Below, piece by piece: positions 1 to 16,254 of a stretch of DNA of 64,000 nucleotides. The notes below the pieces were generated by a model. The model did not search any database and was not told where the DNA came from. It saw only the letters and a list, made by a program, of their open reading frames with translations. Within the stretch, counting starts at the first letter, position 1. Every line of letters starts with the position of its first letter. This stretch comes from Amoeboaphelidium protococcarum X5. Lineage: Eukaryota > Fungi > Aphelidiomycota. The position numbers and the translations under genes are program-made. The DNA lies in contig JALDTO010000158.1 of NCBI GenBank assembly GCA_023515725.1, positions 62,001 to 126,000 of the forward strand. The letters run 5' to 3'.

Positions 1-1713
1 CCGGCCGGATTTTATACCGCTAGTAGATTGCTCAAGTAGTCAGCGTCTTCGGCGGCGTTGAAGAGCAAGAATGTGCGTCTGGAGGTGGATATGCTCGAAG
101 GTCTCCCCGTTCCGTATGGCCTTGTAAGGTACGGCATATCCCCGGATCATCCAGAGGTGAAGTCTGTCGTGAATAAATTTAATGAAATGGCCATATAAGA
201 AGGAACTGGACCCGGTGGTAGCGGTCGCTTTGAATTTATGGGTAATGTTAGAATTAGAACGTCATCATCTACGTGGACATCATCATCGCCTGTACGCGAG
301 ACACGTTAGTCTTTTTAGTCAGCTGATAGTTAATGGGCAAATACTGGTGTAAGAGTTCAGGATCTATTGAATCGATATCATTCTGTAGTGTTGGCATACG
401 GATCATCTAAGGATAGGAGATTGAATATATAAAATGAAGATGCTGGTGGGGTTATTAGTGCGCGTCAATTTGTAGCCTGGTACAATGGATACCCATCACA
501 GATTGCCACTGTGAAGAGCGATGAAGTTATTGACAAGAATAGTTAATCTTAATCATCTCCAGATGGTGCGAGTGATAGTAAATCGACAGATCCAATGCAG
601 AGTAATAGGGAACATGTGATGATGTCTAATCTACTAAAGTAAAATTCTTCTGCTGTCATCATTGGATAAGGCAATGTTGCGCTGGATATTGCAAGAGTTC
701 TCTTGATTCCTAATCCACGCGATTCTTTAGGCAAGACTGATATGCCAGATTATGCTGTGAATGCTCTTGTCGATAGCAAGGTTAGAGATGTGACCATAGT
801 TGGTAGACGGGGTCCTTTGAATGTATCATTTACAGCGAAAGAATTGCGAGAACTCGATGTTATCTGTAAATAACACGGTATATAGTGCCGGGTATTAGAC
901 GCGGATGTTAATGTGTAATTGGAGAAACTGAAGCGGTAATCATCCTCTACCAAGAGCAAGTAAGAGCGTGGTCGAATCAGAGTTTTAGAACTTTTGAATA
1001 GATTCTAGAATTCTGATAAAGATATTGATGGGAATGGTAAAGCTTCAGGTAGATCATTAACATTTAGATTCTTCAAGTCGCCTGCGGAGATAAATGTTTC
1101 CAAAGACTAGGATACTAATAAAGAAGTGATCAGTGAAGTCAAGTTTGCAACCACTCGGTATACTAATGAAGATGCATGCGATCAGGTGGAGATTGTACCA
1201 GATTGTCCAGCTGAAGGTGTCAAGACCAATTTCCTTATAAAATCTATTGGCTATCAGTCTGTCGGAGTTGATGGTCTACCATTCGACAGTAAGCGAGGTA
1301 GATTGCCGCATACATAAGGAAGAGTTTTATCCAGTGCAGAACCCGATAATGAATCTAATAGTAATGGTTATAATGTTATGAACGGTGTCTATGTGGCGGG
1401 TTGGCTCAAAACTGGACCTACCGGCGTGATTGCAAGTACTATGTACGATGCGTACCAGACTGCTGATTGTCTACTGCAAGACATTGAGAGTGACATTCAT
1501 CTACCGAATGATCAGGTTCCTGCTAGATAAGATACTATTCAATGGTTATAGAGCTAAATCGGCAGTCGACCTGTCACCTTTGAAGACTGGAAAGTTATTG
1601 AAGATGAAGAGATTAGACGTGGTAAACTATTGGGGAAACCGTATGAGAAGATTACTAAAACTGACGAGATTCTTCAGATACTACACAAACACCATAATTA
1701 AGTCAAAAATTGA
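1..1713 (+). CDS. ARH1: NADPH:adrenodoxin oxidoreductase (mitochondrial ferredoxin reductase), 5'-truncated by window edge
   Basis: Frame 1 with TAR=Gln gives [39 protein letters not shown](TAA)[43 protein letters not shown]. First TGA at 1711-1713. Confidence 0.93.
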
Positions 1714-1780
1714 TTTAAAAGATATAGAGTAATCATTTTGATAAAGTTTGTTATCTTTTAGAGTTGTCAATATGTGGAGA

Positions 1781-3109
1781 TCATTCAAGCGTAGTAGGAT
1801 CGTCTTCATCTCTTGGTCTTTTGTCACCGGCGACAACAGACTCTGACGGTTATTGACTCTCAATCTATAAGTAATTGTCCATTGTAGAACTGGGACAATC
1901 TTCGACCAATTCAACTTTAATACCACTCAATATGAACCCACCAGATGCATAAGTATTATTCTACGGATGCATCCTATCTGGATACACCTGATACTCGCGA
2001 TACCATTAACTTCGCAATTGGACATCTACAAACTGCGAGCTCCCACGCATAAACTCAAAGGTACTAGCCAGGGATTCTTTAGCCAGACTCTAAGCAACAA
2101 TTATGGAATTCAACTTCAAGAATGGCATCAGCTGCTTGATAACTCCTTAAGCTTGATACCTTGAAGCCGTCACTAGGCCATCAAATTTAGTACTTCTAAG
2201 AGCGGATAATGCGTTCCTAACAGACTGTGGTAGAGTATCATCATCGGCAGATGCGTTAAACATCGACCAAGGAAGATGATGAATACATTCTCTATTCTAT
2301 AATTTAGCATAAAAAGTGTATGGATAGACATAGGACGCGTCTTTACTATGGAGAGAGATTATTTTACCAAGGCCACCAAGACGCTCGGCTATAGCCAAAG
2401 TGAGTACACCGGCACTATCTTCATCCACTAGGTAACACCCACCCTGTTAGATATTTAGAGTCTAGATCATTGATGCCAGAGTATCTGGCCGTATATGATG
2501 CACCTAGTCCGGATGCTTGACAAATGCCCACTAGCATAGATTAAATGAATTAGGCTGTACCAAGCGAATCACTTTATGGAACTTGAGCTTCTTTCGCTTG
2601 ATATACTTGGCCTTACTGTACTCGGTCTTTAGATCAAATTACTGATGTGCACCAGTCAGCTAACTGATGAGATCATTAACATTCGAAGAGCTCTTGGCCA
2701 ATTCCTCAATCTAGTCCTGTGATAGAGTCTGCACAGAATTACAATCATTAATCTTTTAATTATTTGCGCCTACAGTGAATGAGCTCACAGAGTCTACTGA
2801 TAATTAGGCATCACCTTGGCTACTACTACTACTATTACTCTATCTATTCATTATTCTACTTTCATTATCATTTGCATTCAACATTGCTGGAGCAAAATCT
2901 GCATTAATCTCATCAATTTCCAATGGTCTAAGACTGGATTCATTGATTATCTCAAAAACGCGTCCATACTATTAGCCTACTATAGCGGACGCCTTCAATT
3001 TACCCAGTCTACTCAGTTATATCACAGAGTCCTCCTTGATCTTTACAAATTTCTACGCGTCTTTACCAAACTGTATAATGACATAATCGTCCAGTTATAT
3101 TTCAGCCAT
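1781..3109 (-). CDS. TRM6: tRNA (adenine58-N1)-methyltransferase non-catalytic subunit Trm6/Gcd10
   Basis: MAEIQLDDYVII...IVGQQYGRVFEI, QTLSQDQIEEL, FDLKTEYSKAKYIKRK, WYREYQVYPDRMHP...SGGFILSGIKV. 443 codons to TGA. Confidence 0.9.
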
Positions 3110-3339
3110 AATATTAATCTATTAAAGAGTCAGATATTAAATAAAAATTAAGGTAAATTCTATATTCGAAATAGATGCTGGTTTATACAGACTTTACTTA
3201 CTATGAAGATACTGTTTAATCAACAAAGGGCATTAGATAAGAATTTTCAAGTTTTTCTCCCTGAAGCGATTCGTGTCAAAATTTTCGTCAAAGGCGCCTT
3301 TATTATAGCAATTCGCTTTCAAGTCCTCTACTTTGTGAA

Positions 3340-6300
3340 ATGTCTCAAATTAACAATACTTCTAAAAAGAGAGCCAGAAATGCCAAGTCGACTGTGGATA
3401 ACTTAGTATTAAGAGATGGCATACCTGAGTAGTTGAAGTATGTTCATTAAGTGTTTACGCAACTAGCCTCCTCATACTTGATACTCTCCATGACCAGTGG
3501 CGGTGGCTTCATTCCAGTGGATAAAATTAGCTCTATATTCTAATCCACTTATGGGCGTGGTGTCCAAGTACGCGATCTAGTCTTTATCACTATAATATGT
3601 CCACAAATGCTAATGTTAGAGTACAGATCAGAATCCGACATGATGGCATCCAATGTCTCAGATTCTCATGACTTGTACTCTCCCACTACGTCTTCATAGT
3701 AATAAGCTCAGTCAAGCGGTAGTCAACAAGTACTTGCCGTCAGATTTATTGATAGTGGTGATAGTAAGAAGAAGTAATAAGAATAGTTGGCATCGCATAG
3801 TGAAGATTTACGGGTTCATAAAGTGTTTATAGAGTCTCAGGTGGAATCTGCAGTAACTTAAAATCATGATGGTAAGCCACGTAAGAGAGCAGGTAAACGT
3901 ATTACAGTATCTGGTAAGAAGGCTCAAGTACTATTATAACGAAGAATTTAGACTTTCACCCAAGCCGTGAATTAGTTTTGGAGTGATAACAATTAGAGTC
4001 TACCTCAAGACTTGGAACTCCTTATAGATGCCTACTATCCTCAATAACCTCTGGTTGATTTGGAGTCTTAACATGTAATAGATTCCACTTAGCAATTCTC
4101 AGTAGACGGAGATGGCTTAGAATTGGCTCTTGGAGCTCTGACTTGTTTGAGGTCTTTCGATGATGATTAAAGTATTTAAACGTTCAGTGTTCCAGCAAAG
4201 GCACCTTCTTTTATGAGGGATGAACAGATTGCTCTGCATTAGAATGTAGTGTAAGCTATAAAGTCTTTATATAGTTTACAAGTTGGGTAGTTGTATAGTC
4301 ATCAAGTGGAAGCATTGAGAGCGGTAATATGTGATGGAAAAAGTGTGGTCGTATCAACTTCTACTAGTAGCGGAAAGTCCCTCATCTATAATCTGCCTAT
4401 TGTGAATGACTACTTAAAGCTAAAAGATCTTCAATAATAACAATAATTGGATTAAAGTGATGATAAATCGTAAATATTTACTGCGCTTTATATGTTTCCA
4501 ACTAAAGCTCTGGCTCAGGATTAGATGTAGAAGGTCAGATTGCTATTGGATGCGTGCGGACTTGATCATATTCGTGTGTCTACGTATGATGGTGATACGC
4601 CGATGGAATTGAGGGAGGGAATTAGATCATAGTCGCACATAATCATCACAAATCCTGATATGCTACATGTGTCCATATTGCCTCAACATAATGGTGGTTG
4701 GAAGCAATTTTTATCGCGTTTAAAGTATGTTATTGTTGATGAATTGCATACTCTGACTGGCTATTTTGGATCTCATGTTGCTTTTATCATGAGGAGATTA
4801 CAGAGAGTTTTGGCATTTTATCAGTCTCCCGATAGTTTGAGTAGATTGAGATTTATCGCCTGTTCAGCCACTATTTCTAATCCACTTGATCATACTTGTC
4901 AGCTGTTAAACTTGTCGTAAGAACGCTGTATATCCATAACGCAAGATGGGTCTCCACATGCTGCAAAAAGTATATTGGTGATCAAGTAGAATGAGCATAG
5001 CATTTTTGATAAAGCTAGCCATCTGATTGTTCATCTTTGTAAATTTGGTTTGAGGACTATTGCATTTTGCAAATATCGCAGAATGTGTGAGTATATACTC
5101 CGAGAGGTCTAGTCCATTATTGATAGAGATCCTAGTCTGCATCAGTTGCGAGGCAAGATTAAAACTTATCGTGGTGGATACTAGCCGGAACTTCGTCGAT
5201 AGATTGAATCGGAACTTTTCTCCGGCGAATTATTGTGTGTTGTGGCTACCACTGCTCTTGAATTGGGAATTGATGTGGGCGATTTAGATGTGACTGTTCA
5301 TTGTGGCTTCCCATACACTCTGAGTGGATTTTGGTAATAGGCTGGCCGTGCTGGTCGAAGTAGATCTGCATCTGCTGCTATTCTACTATGCGATAAAGAT
5401 CCTATTGATTATTATTACGCAGCACGTCCTGAAAAGTTGATGGACAGGCAGTATGAGGATGCCACTCTGTCTATGCAGTCTCCTATATATGATTAACAGT
5501 TGCAATGTGCGGCAGCAGAATATCCTATTAATTTGAATTAGGATGTCTAATATTTTGATAATCAGTTGGAGAGTATATGTAGAAAAGCTCTCGTCTCGGT
5601 TGGCAATAACTAATATCTTCCCAATCTGCAATACCTGCCTAGTCCAGCTGCTCTGATCTCCATCAGATGTCCGTAAGAAGACAGCTTCTCAGTTGTGGAT
5701 ATTACGCCAGGTAATGGTGATTAGGTGCTGGAAGAGTTAGAGGTAAGCAGAGCTTTGTCATCCCTGTATGAAGGAGCTGTGTATATGCACTAGGGATAGA
5801 CTTACATTGTACAATATGCTGATTTCCATTCTCTCACAGCTGGTGTACTACTACAGAATGTCAATTACATCACCAGACAGCGAGATTTCACAGATGTTAA
5901 TTCACAGAAGGCATAGTTGACGTAAGCTCTGTCAAATGGTAATATAGCGTCGTATGGTGATGTTAGCGTTTAGAAAACCATATTCGGATACTTCAAGTAT
6001 GATCCCAAGAAGAAGAAAGTGTTGGAGAATGTTGAAGTATACTGGGAGCCGGTTGTGAAATAGTGCTATGGAATATGGATGTAGCTTGCTCCTGGCGCTG
6101 TGTCAGAAATTGAAGGCACCTAGTCTTTGAGTCTCCTCGGTGGAATTCATGGTCTGGCGCATTTGATTTGCTCTTAAATATCTATATTGATCATGTGCAA
6201 TATAACCGATTTGGGTTGTGAGCATCCGAGTTAGTATTAGACACGCTCGCGCCCAAATTTGATTATCATTTACGACAAGACGCAGTCAGGTTTTGCTTTT

Positions 6301-6486
6301 CATGCATTTTAAATGATACAGAAGATATTGCTGTAATGTGTTGAGGTATTGGACTCTTGTAAATGTGAAGATGGCTGCCCGTAATGTATCCACAGCGGTT
6401 ATTGTACCGAATTCAATGAAGTCACTGATAAGAAAGCTGCCCAGATCCTATTGCACTCTATGACAAGAAAATGTTCTTAACAATGA
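3340..6486 (+). CDS. HRQ1: Hrq1 (RecQ4-like) DEAH helicase with C-terminal Cys-rich Zn-binding domain
   Basis: LYSHQVEA, TSTSSGKSLIY, FPTKALAQDQ, TNPDMLH, VDELH, CSATISNP, YRGGY, ATTALELGIDVG, QQAGRAGR, CKCEDGCPQCI. Start inferred. Confidence 0.9.
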
Positions 6487-6532
6487 TAATTGTTATTGTA
6501 TTGTATATATTATATTTATGCCTACTAGATTC

Positions 6533-8884
6533 TCATTTTCTCTTCAACTTCTTGAAGCGATTCTATGAGATTTCCTCATACTTAGGAGCAGAGTCAAATT
6601 CACCCCACAACTCACGACGTTTGGCATAACTCTGGACATTACGACTCCTCCTGTCGGCATATCTGTCCATATCATCAGCAATCTGATTTCCACGTTTACC
6701 AGAGTGTTACGATGATATATCTCCAATATCATCATCAGCACCAGTCTATTTGCTAATTCTAAAATTCTCTTTGCCAATTCTTAATTTAGAAGGCATCTCA
6801 CGCAGACAAAACGCCTTTGCCAGATGTCCCAAATGCAAACGTTTGATATGGAATATAACCTTGTGTTCAGCTGGATGAGTGGCATAGGCCTTGACAGTTG
6901 ACATGTACGCCTTCTTTGCCATAAACTTCAGATCTTGATCGTTTTAGACGTGATTCTCCAACTTTAAATGAAAATGACTGATTATCTCTTGCAGTTAATG
7001 ATTGACTTTCTACTCTTTATTGCTATTGTTAGCAGACTAATGAGACGGCTAGAAACTCTTAAACACAACCTTCATGTCTTTTGCGCTCAACTACACACCA
7101 TGCTCATACAACTGAGTGAGGTAATCCACTTCATGAGGCATCATAAACAAAACTCCATCTCCTGACTGGCCCATACGTGCCGTTCTACCCATTCTGTGCA
7201 AGTAATCCTTGATATCAGTAGGAACATCGTACTGAATGACATTTCCCACATTTGGAATGTCCAATCCTCTGGCAGAGACATCAGTTGACAAAAGAATGAC
7301 ATGTCGATCCTTGACATTCTTGAACAGCTTAAACGTTTTCATTCTATCCTCATGTGATATATTACCATGCAGCTTCAATACCAATACTTTATCTGCTCTA
7401 TCTCCAAATGCCGCCGAAAGGGTCCTCGATAGATCGGATTTCTTTACGTCTTTACTGACGGTGGCAGTCTGTTACTGAGCATCACTGTCACTTAAATTGC
7501 TACCGCCTTCACTCAATTCTTCATCATCATCGTCTTCGTCGTCTTCGCTATCATCTAATTAATCAGAATCCAACTGATCAGCTTCTACCAGTTTCTTTAC
7601 AAAATCATTGTTCATAATTCCGCCTTAAGTATTACCACCTTCTTACTCTCTAAAAGTCAATAGCTCATAATGAAAATCAATTGAATCACAATTAGACATG
7701 AATATGATAGTCTTGGTGAACTGCTCCTCAGTGTACTTGAACACTTTACGCGTATTATGCATCTAAATGATGAAAGCACAAAGAGCAACCAGCCTCTACT
7801 TTACTGGCACAACAGCATAATACTATTTCAGCTGATTAGGCACCACACTAAGTTACTCCTTCTCAGCGATTGAGCCAGATCTATTGGCATTCTTGTTAGC
7901 CTTCTAAGCAGATATATAATGCGGATCCCTCAACTTGATACCACCAATTTCAGTCACCTGTTTAGATACAGTGGCCGAGCAGAGGATCGATTGGAAAGCT
8001 CCATCAGAACACTTTTCGCCCAACACCTTCAATATTTTCCTAACCGCATCTTGGAATCCCATCTCTAGAAATCTATCAGCCTCATCCATGACAAACCATT
8101 GCAAATTCTCAATCTTGAATGAATACGTAGTCTCCATATGATCCAACAGGCGACCTGGAGTGGTCACAAGAATCGATACGCCTTTACGCAGACGAGCTTT
8201 CTCAGATTTTCTGCTCTCACCACCAGTGATAGCACCATTAACTATCCATCGGTTGGGATATTTCAGAGACAGAACCTTGTCCAATACCTCATTAACTTAA
8301 TTAGCCAGCTCTCGCGTAGGACACAAGATCAGAGCCATTGTACCTTGATCTTGACGGTTCAGTGGGGAACTAGACTAGGCGGTCATGGTGAGCAGTTGAC
8401 TGATTATAGGTAACAAGTACGCTAAACTCTTTCCACTACCTGTCTACGCTTATATGATAACATCCCTCGCATCACACTCCTCCTTAGATAGCAAAACTGG
8501 TAAAGCTGCAGATTATATCGCGGTTGGCTGAACTAACTACATCTTTACGCGTAAATGACTAGCCAAATCAGGATATAGACCATAATTATCAAAAGAATCT
8601 TCACCTTACGCGTCAATGCCATTGGAAACTTCAAAATTGGACTTGATAGGATGTGCGTGATATGACTCAACAACTTTCGACTATCCTCCATCAGCGTCAT
8701 TTTAATAATCTTTTGATGTCTACTTTTTACTTCTAGGAAATAGAGAACTGATAACTTATTTCCCACCTTATCGACTATGCGTAGTAGTATTACCATCATT
8801 CATTTTCCCACCAGATTTATCATCACGCGCCTATTTCACCCCAGCAACCTCATACGCCAAATTTAGCATCTAATCCTTTTCCAT
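6533..8884 (-). CDS. DBP7: DEAD-box RNA helicase Dbp7/DDX31 (60S biogenesis)
   Basis: Q-motif PTAIQ(TAA), [65 protein letters not shown]. Confidence 0.92.
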
Positions 8885-9559
8885 CTTTAAAATATTCGAC
8901 AGCAGAGTATAATCAAATGCTACTATCTAAACAAGGTCTAGACTTAAATTAAATGCACAGCGTTTTATTAAACTGATCAAAGAGAGAGATTTGACAAATT
9001 TTCAACTTGGAGTGAAAATCTGAACGAACGCGACTATTCAGTATGAGGATGATCCTTCATCAAGGCAAAAAATCTTTAGATTAATATCAGACATAGGAAC
9101 ATTTGTAAAACTCTACAGTACACCTAAGTAACTTAAAAGATACTTTTGATGAATTAATAATGATTTAACTGCTCAATAAGTAATTTAGTTGTTCGGTCAA
9201 TTGACAGAGACATACCGCGTCTTATTTCACCCCAACAGTCTTTTACTGTTGCATAGATAGAATATATCTGCCGAGTAAGACATAATCGGGAAAGATTATT
9301 ATTACCTACGTAATAATCAGAACTTTTTAGAATTGGATCATCTTTCATCCACAGCACAGTGCTAATCACCACTCTTGGATTCTTCTCGTAAAGGGAGCGA
9401 TCGTTTGCCTCTCGCCCTCTCACTCACTCATTCACTCACTCGGCGTTGTTTCAACTTGTTTAAAATCGGATTTCCGCAATCCTTCTGTTGCCATTTCACG
9501 TTCCACTTCTTCTTATATTTAATCATAGTGCTGTGCTTGGAAGACTCGTATTAATTATC

Positions 9560-11237
9560 ATGTCTTCAGCTAATCTTCTTGTCAGATAAAATTAGAGCCA
9601 AACGTCTTTGAGGTACATTGATCCTTTGGAGCGTTACAATCTGCTGGAGAAGATTGGTAAGGGAAGTTTTGGTGAAGTGTGGAAAGCGTAAGTTGTTATT
9701 ATCATTACTCTATTTAAATTAGATGGATGTTATTTATTAACTATTGTCACCTTTTTTATTGTGTGTAGAATAGATAGAGAGACTCAGTCTGCCGTTGCTG
9801 TCAAGATTATCAATCTGGAAGATGCGGAGGATGATGTTGATGATGTGTAGTAGGAGATTAACATGCTATCTCAGGTGAACAAGAGCGACTATATAATCCG
9901 ATATTTTGGATCCTATGTGATTCAATCCAATTTATGGATAGTCATGGAGTATCTGGCCGGTGGTTCTGTCATGGACTTGGTAAGATTATATTTTATACGT
10001 AAATTGTTAACCATTGTTATTTAGGCTGTGCTTTGTAGTTGCTCCCAGGTCCGTTTGATGAAGCTCATACAGCGATTATTGTTCGTGAACTACTGAAAGG
10101 CTTGGAGTATCTGCACTCTGAAAATAAAATCCATCGAGACATCAAAGCTGCAAATGTTCTATTATCCAGTGCAGGGGATGTTAAATTGGCCGATTTTGTA
10201 AGTCTTATTTAAACTGCAAATTTATTAATACTGTTAGAATCTAATTGGTACTTGTATTGTAGGGAGTCGCTGCTCAGTTGACGCAATAGAGAAGTAAGAG
10301 ATAGACATTTGTTGGTACTCCGTTCTGGATGGCTCCGGTAAGAATATTTTATAAATGAGTTTTGATATTCATTAATTTTCAATTAAGACGTTGTAGGAAG
10401 TGATCAAGTAAACTGGATATGATTAAAAAGCGGATATTTGGTCTCTGGGGATAACGTGTATTGAAATGTGTAAAGGTGAGCCACCTTATGCTGATTGTCA
10501 TCCTATGAGAGTACTCTTCCTCATCCCTAAGAATGATCCACCAACTCTAGATGGACCATTCTCAAAGCCATTCAAGGAATTTGTGGCACTATGTCTGAAC
10601 AAAGATGCCGATGAGAGACCGAGTGCCAAAGATCTTCTCAAACACAAGTTTATTAAATCTGCAAAGAAGAATTCTCATCTGATAGAGCTAATTGAAAGAT
10701 ATCAGTAGTATAAATTGTCTCATAATTCAGATTCAGATGATGACGATGCTCAGTAAGATTTACCATCATTCTATTAGATTACCATTATCATTAAAATTAC
10801 TTAGTGTAGCGAGTTGAATAAGTAAATCAGCAATAATGAGACTATAAAGTGGGATTTTGGTACGGTAAGAGAAGCGCTAAAGCAGCAGAAAGATGTCAAG
10901 ACTCCAGAGAGAAAGATCACACCATTTGCCATGCAATAAGACTCTCCTAATGTTAACGAAATCCGCTCTTCCGCCGTGTAGTAATAGTAGTATCAGAATA
11001 GGTAACAATTGGCTTAATCTAGTGAGTCGTCTCCTAGACTACCTCGCCGTCCGGCTAACATTAATAATAACAGCAATAGTAATCAAGGAAGTTAATCTCC
11101 ACTAGGAAGTCCGCGTATTGAGCGAAGACCAATTTAAAATGCATCAGGTGCTAGAGGAAGTGATAGTAGTGTTGCAAGTCCGAATAGAACGCCCGGCAGT
11201 TCTCCTCGGCCAATGAGACGATTATCTCAAGAGCCGC

Positions 11238-11268
<31 letters not shown>

Positions 11269-11788
11269 AAAGTAGCATTCATCTGCATCTTCTTCAAATG
11301 GTAAACTGAGTGGCAAAAAGACTCCACCGCAAGGATCAGGTAGGTCCTCGCTAATCACGGCCACACCGTCACCGGCCATGTCTGTCACTTTTACGTAAGT
11401 AATAGCGCCATCCCTATTAAAAGTGAAGTCTGATGACCAGTCAGCGGAGAGTTAGACATTAATAACCAAGTTGTATGAAATTCTGGAAAAGATTGATCGC
11501 AATGATAGTCAATTTAGTAATCGCCTGGTGCAAGAGATCACGCTTAATTCTAATAACATCAAGGCGGAGAAGTAGTTGACATCTGGACCCTTCTCAACAG
11601 ATTATGGCGGAACAATTAGAAAAGGTAGAAAGCTTACGAGTGGCAGTGGCATGGGTGGTGGTGGTGCATCTCAGACTCCTGTATCAAGATCAGAGCCAGC
11701 GCATGTAGACACGTCAGGAACAGCCAGTTATCTCCTCAACCGCTGGAAGAATAAATGGTCCGATTCAACTTCCACTCTGAAGTAATGA
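9560..11788 (+). CDS. STE20-family GCK-III (MST3/STK24/STK25-like) Ser/Thr kinase, 5 introns
   Basis: [71 protein letters not shown]. Introns 9688-9768, 9980-10038, 10198-10262, 10338-10396, 10753-10809. Confidence 0.9.
11239..11268 (+). repeat. (TAG)n microsatellite encoding poly-Gln in the kinase C-terminal region
   Basis: cag tag tag tag... taa in frame within the kinase ORF. Confidence 0.8.
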
Positions 11789-12140
11789 TACAACACGCTA
11801 GTTGTTGTTAAAATATATCTCTATAATTGATTATAAACTATTTCACTTCCATGCACGGATAAAAAAAGCACTTTATAATGGGTAAATTTATGATTTTATC
11901 AAAAGATTTAAACATCCAAGTCTTTATTGTTGTCATTCAATGGGAGAACATTTATGCGTTGAAAAAGTCTGAAACATCATGTGTTTAAAATGTGACCTGT
12001 CTTCCTACCTATTGAGTGATAGCAACTCGAATCTTCTCCGACCTGTCACGCGTCGCTCTTTCTCTTCAAAATCTCCTTCACTCTCACCTTTTATACTTCG
12101 AATATAGCAATTTAGTCCAATTTTAATGAAATATATATTA

Positions 12141-14240
<2,100 letters not shown>

Positions 14241-14407
14241 TTGATGATTAGGTTGTATACTGCAGAGATAAATGTTGGCATTTAATTTAATATTCTCTTT
14301 CCATTATTACTCTTTAGTACTACGTGTGAAAGAGCAAACTTAAAATCAATAATCCGTAATTAGAAAATTCAATTATTTTTTAAATGATCACTATCGAAGA
14401 AGGGTGT

Positions 14408-15304
14408 TCATTCAACTTCCTTGATTCCATCCTTGGTGAACAGGTGCGCAGACTCACCAGTGTATGGATTACGACGCTCCTTGATAAAGCGCTCCTTCTC
14501 CGCTTCTTGCCACTCTGGCGTCAGATTAGGCATATTCTTCTTGGAGCGGAAGTACTTGACCAGAGCATAATAAAAGATGCCAGTAGCCACCATGAAAGCA
14601 ATGCTGATGCCAACAACTTTCGTGGTGGAATCATCCTTGACATTCACTGGACCGAAAGCCAGGTACATGGCAGCCTTCTTCTCCTCAGGCGACATCAACT
14701 TCCAGTCGCCACGCTGCAGCTCTTCATTCTTAGTCAGCACAGCGTCCCATGTATTGAGATCCTTATCAAAGTACTGCTCGACATTGGCCAAGTTGAACGA
14801 CTTCTTCTTATCCTGGGACCACGAGGAATAGCCATCCTTAATCAGCGTATCCAGCTGGCGCAAGAACTCAGTCTACTACTCTGGCTTATAAAAGTTCCAA
14901 TTGATATCCAGAGATAGGAATTGCACTACATAAAATAATCATTCAGATAACACATACACAATGTACACGGATTGACGCTTTACGTCATTCATTCGCGCAT
15001 TAGCATGTATTATCATAATATTAAATACTCTTTAGATATACAATCATATTTAAATAATCTTACTATGATTACGCTTCAGCTACTCAAAGCGCTACAGAAC
15101 AGTATTCTAGTCAGCGGTTCCCTAATAACGCTGCACCAGAACATCGGCCAGCTCAACGTGAGGCTACTCATGATGATGATGATCGTGTCCATGAGCGCCA
15201 CCTTGGGTTGCATAGGAGCGACATGCCGAAGCCATACGGCCGAATCTTTGGCTACCAGTTAATTGCGCGGACTACAGCGACTTTTGTATACTTGAACGCA
15301 ACAT
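14408..15304 (-). CDS. COX5: Cytochrome c oxidase subunit IV (fungal Cox5-type) with extended N-terminal matrix region; intron 15072-14926
   Basis: Mitochondrial presequence-like N-terminus; GDWKLMSPEEKKAAMYLAFGP, one TM helix, PNLTPEWQEA...NPYTG. About 249 aa. Confidence 0.82.
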
Positions 15305-15549
15305 TTTACTTCCTTTAACTAAACGTAAAGACTCTTAAGGAAATGAGAGAGAGAGAATTGGACAAAATGAACAAGGAAAAACACGCACTGCAGATTGACG
15401 GAAAGAACTAGCGAGAAAATTTATTTCAGCGTCTAGAGCGACCAAAGCGAGAGGGTATAATCAAATCGAACGCATCTTGCCCAAAATTTCGCGTTTCTCT
15501 CAACATCACTTCATTTCCACTATTACCAAGCTTATTTATTACTAGAATT

Positions 15550-16254
15550 ATGTTTAAACATTTAATCCCTCTGTGCATTGTTGGACTGGCTTTAGGTCTA
15601 CCTCAGAAACATGAAATTGTTCTGAGCGAGAATGCGGTGTCGCCAATGGTCAATAGATTCTCGACGCGTATTGAAATTACGGGATATACCGATTTTTATG
15701 ACAATGTTAACCTGTTGTTGGACAGAGACCAAAATCAAGTCCTGCTTGAAATAGAGGTTAGCCAGTATGGGTTGAAGATCTTTTTCTACTCTGACTAAGA
15801 TCTAGTCATGGGTGGATTAGATATCTTTGGAGTTAAAGAGTGCGTCCGTTTAGATGGCTTGTATTACACGATTCCTGACTTCTTTGAGAATGCTGTGTCT
15901 GAAGGCTCTTCTGTCGTTGACGGCGTGTCAGTGGACAAGTACTCTAATGTAAACTTCTTCGATCTTTCTCTTGGTAGAATGTTTGTCTCTAATAAGGACT
16001 AAAGTGGCGGTATTCGCAAAGATGATTACATCAAGTTTTAAGAGCATGATGAAGACTTATTTTACTTTAAAGAGTTTGATAGAAACTTCCCAAGCAAGGA
16101 CTTGGACACGCCTATGAATCCCAGCCGCTGCTATTCTCTAGATGACTATTTACCTATCGTCGCACGCGTTCAAGATCCAACTAGAGCCGCTGCAAGGAAG
16201 CAACTTATGGACATCATCAGTGTGGTTAAGCCTCACTTGAGCAAGAAGGCATGA
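15550..16254 (+). CDS. Secreted protein (~234 aa), possible ependymin-related/LolA-fold
   Basis: Signal peptide MFKHLIPLCIVGLALG; two ORF-track fragments join through TAA=Gln; beta-rich, with C...PDFFENA..EG...VDGVSVDKY. Family assignment tentative. Confidence 0.7.

Noticed and set aside
8885-9559. ORF 9154-9423 (-) and TCAC repeats in the DBP7/kinase spacer
   Set aside because: No homology signal; more simply a divergent promoter or 5' UTR.
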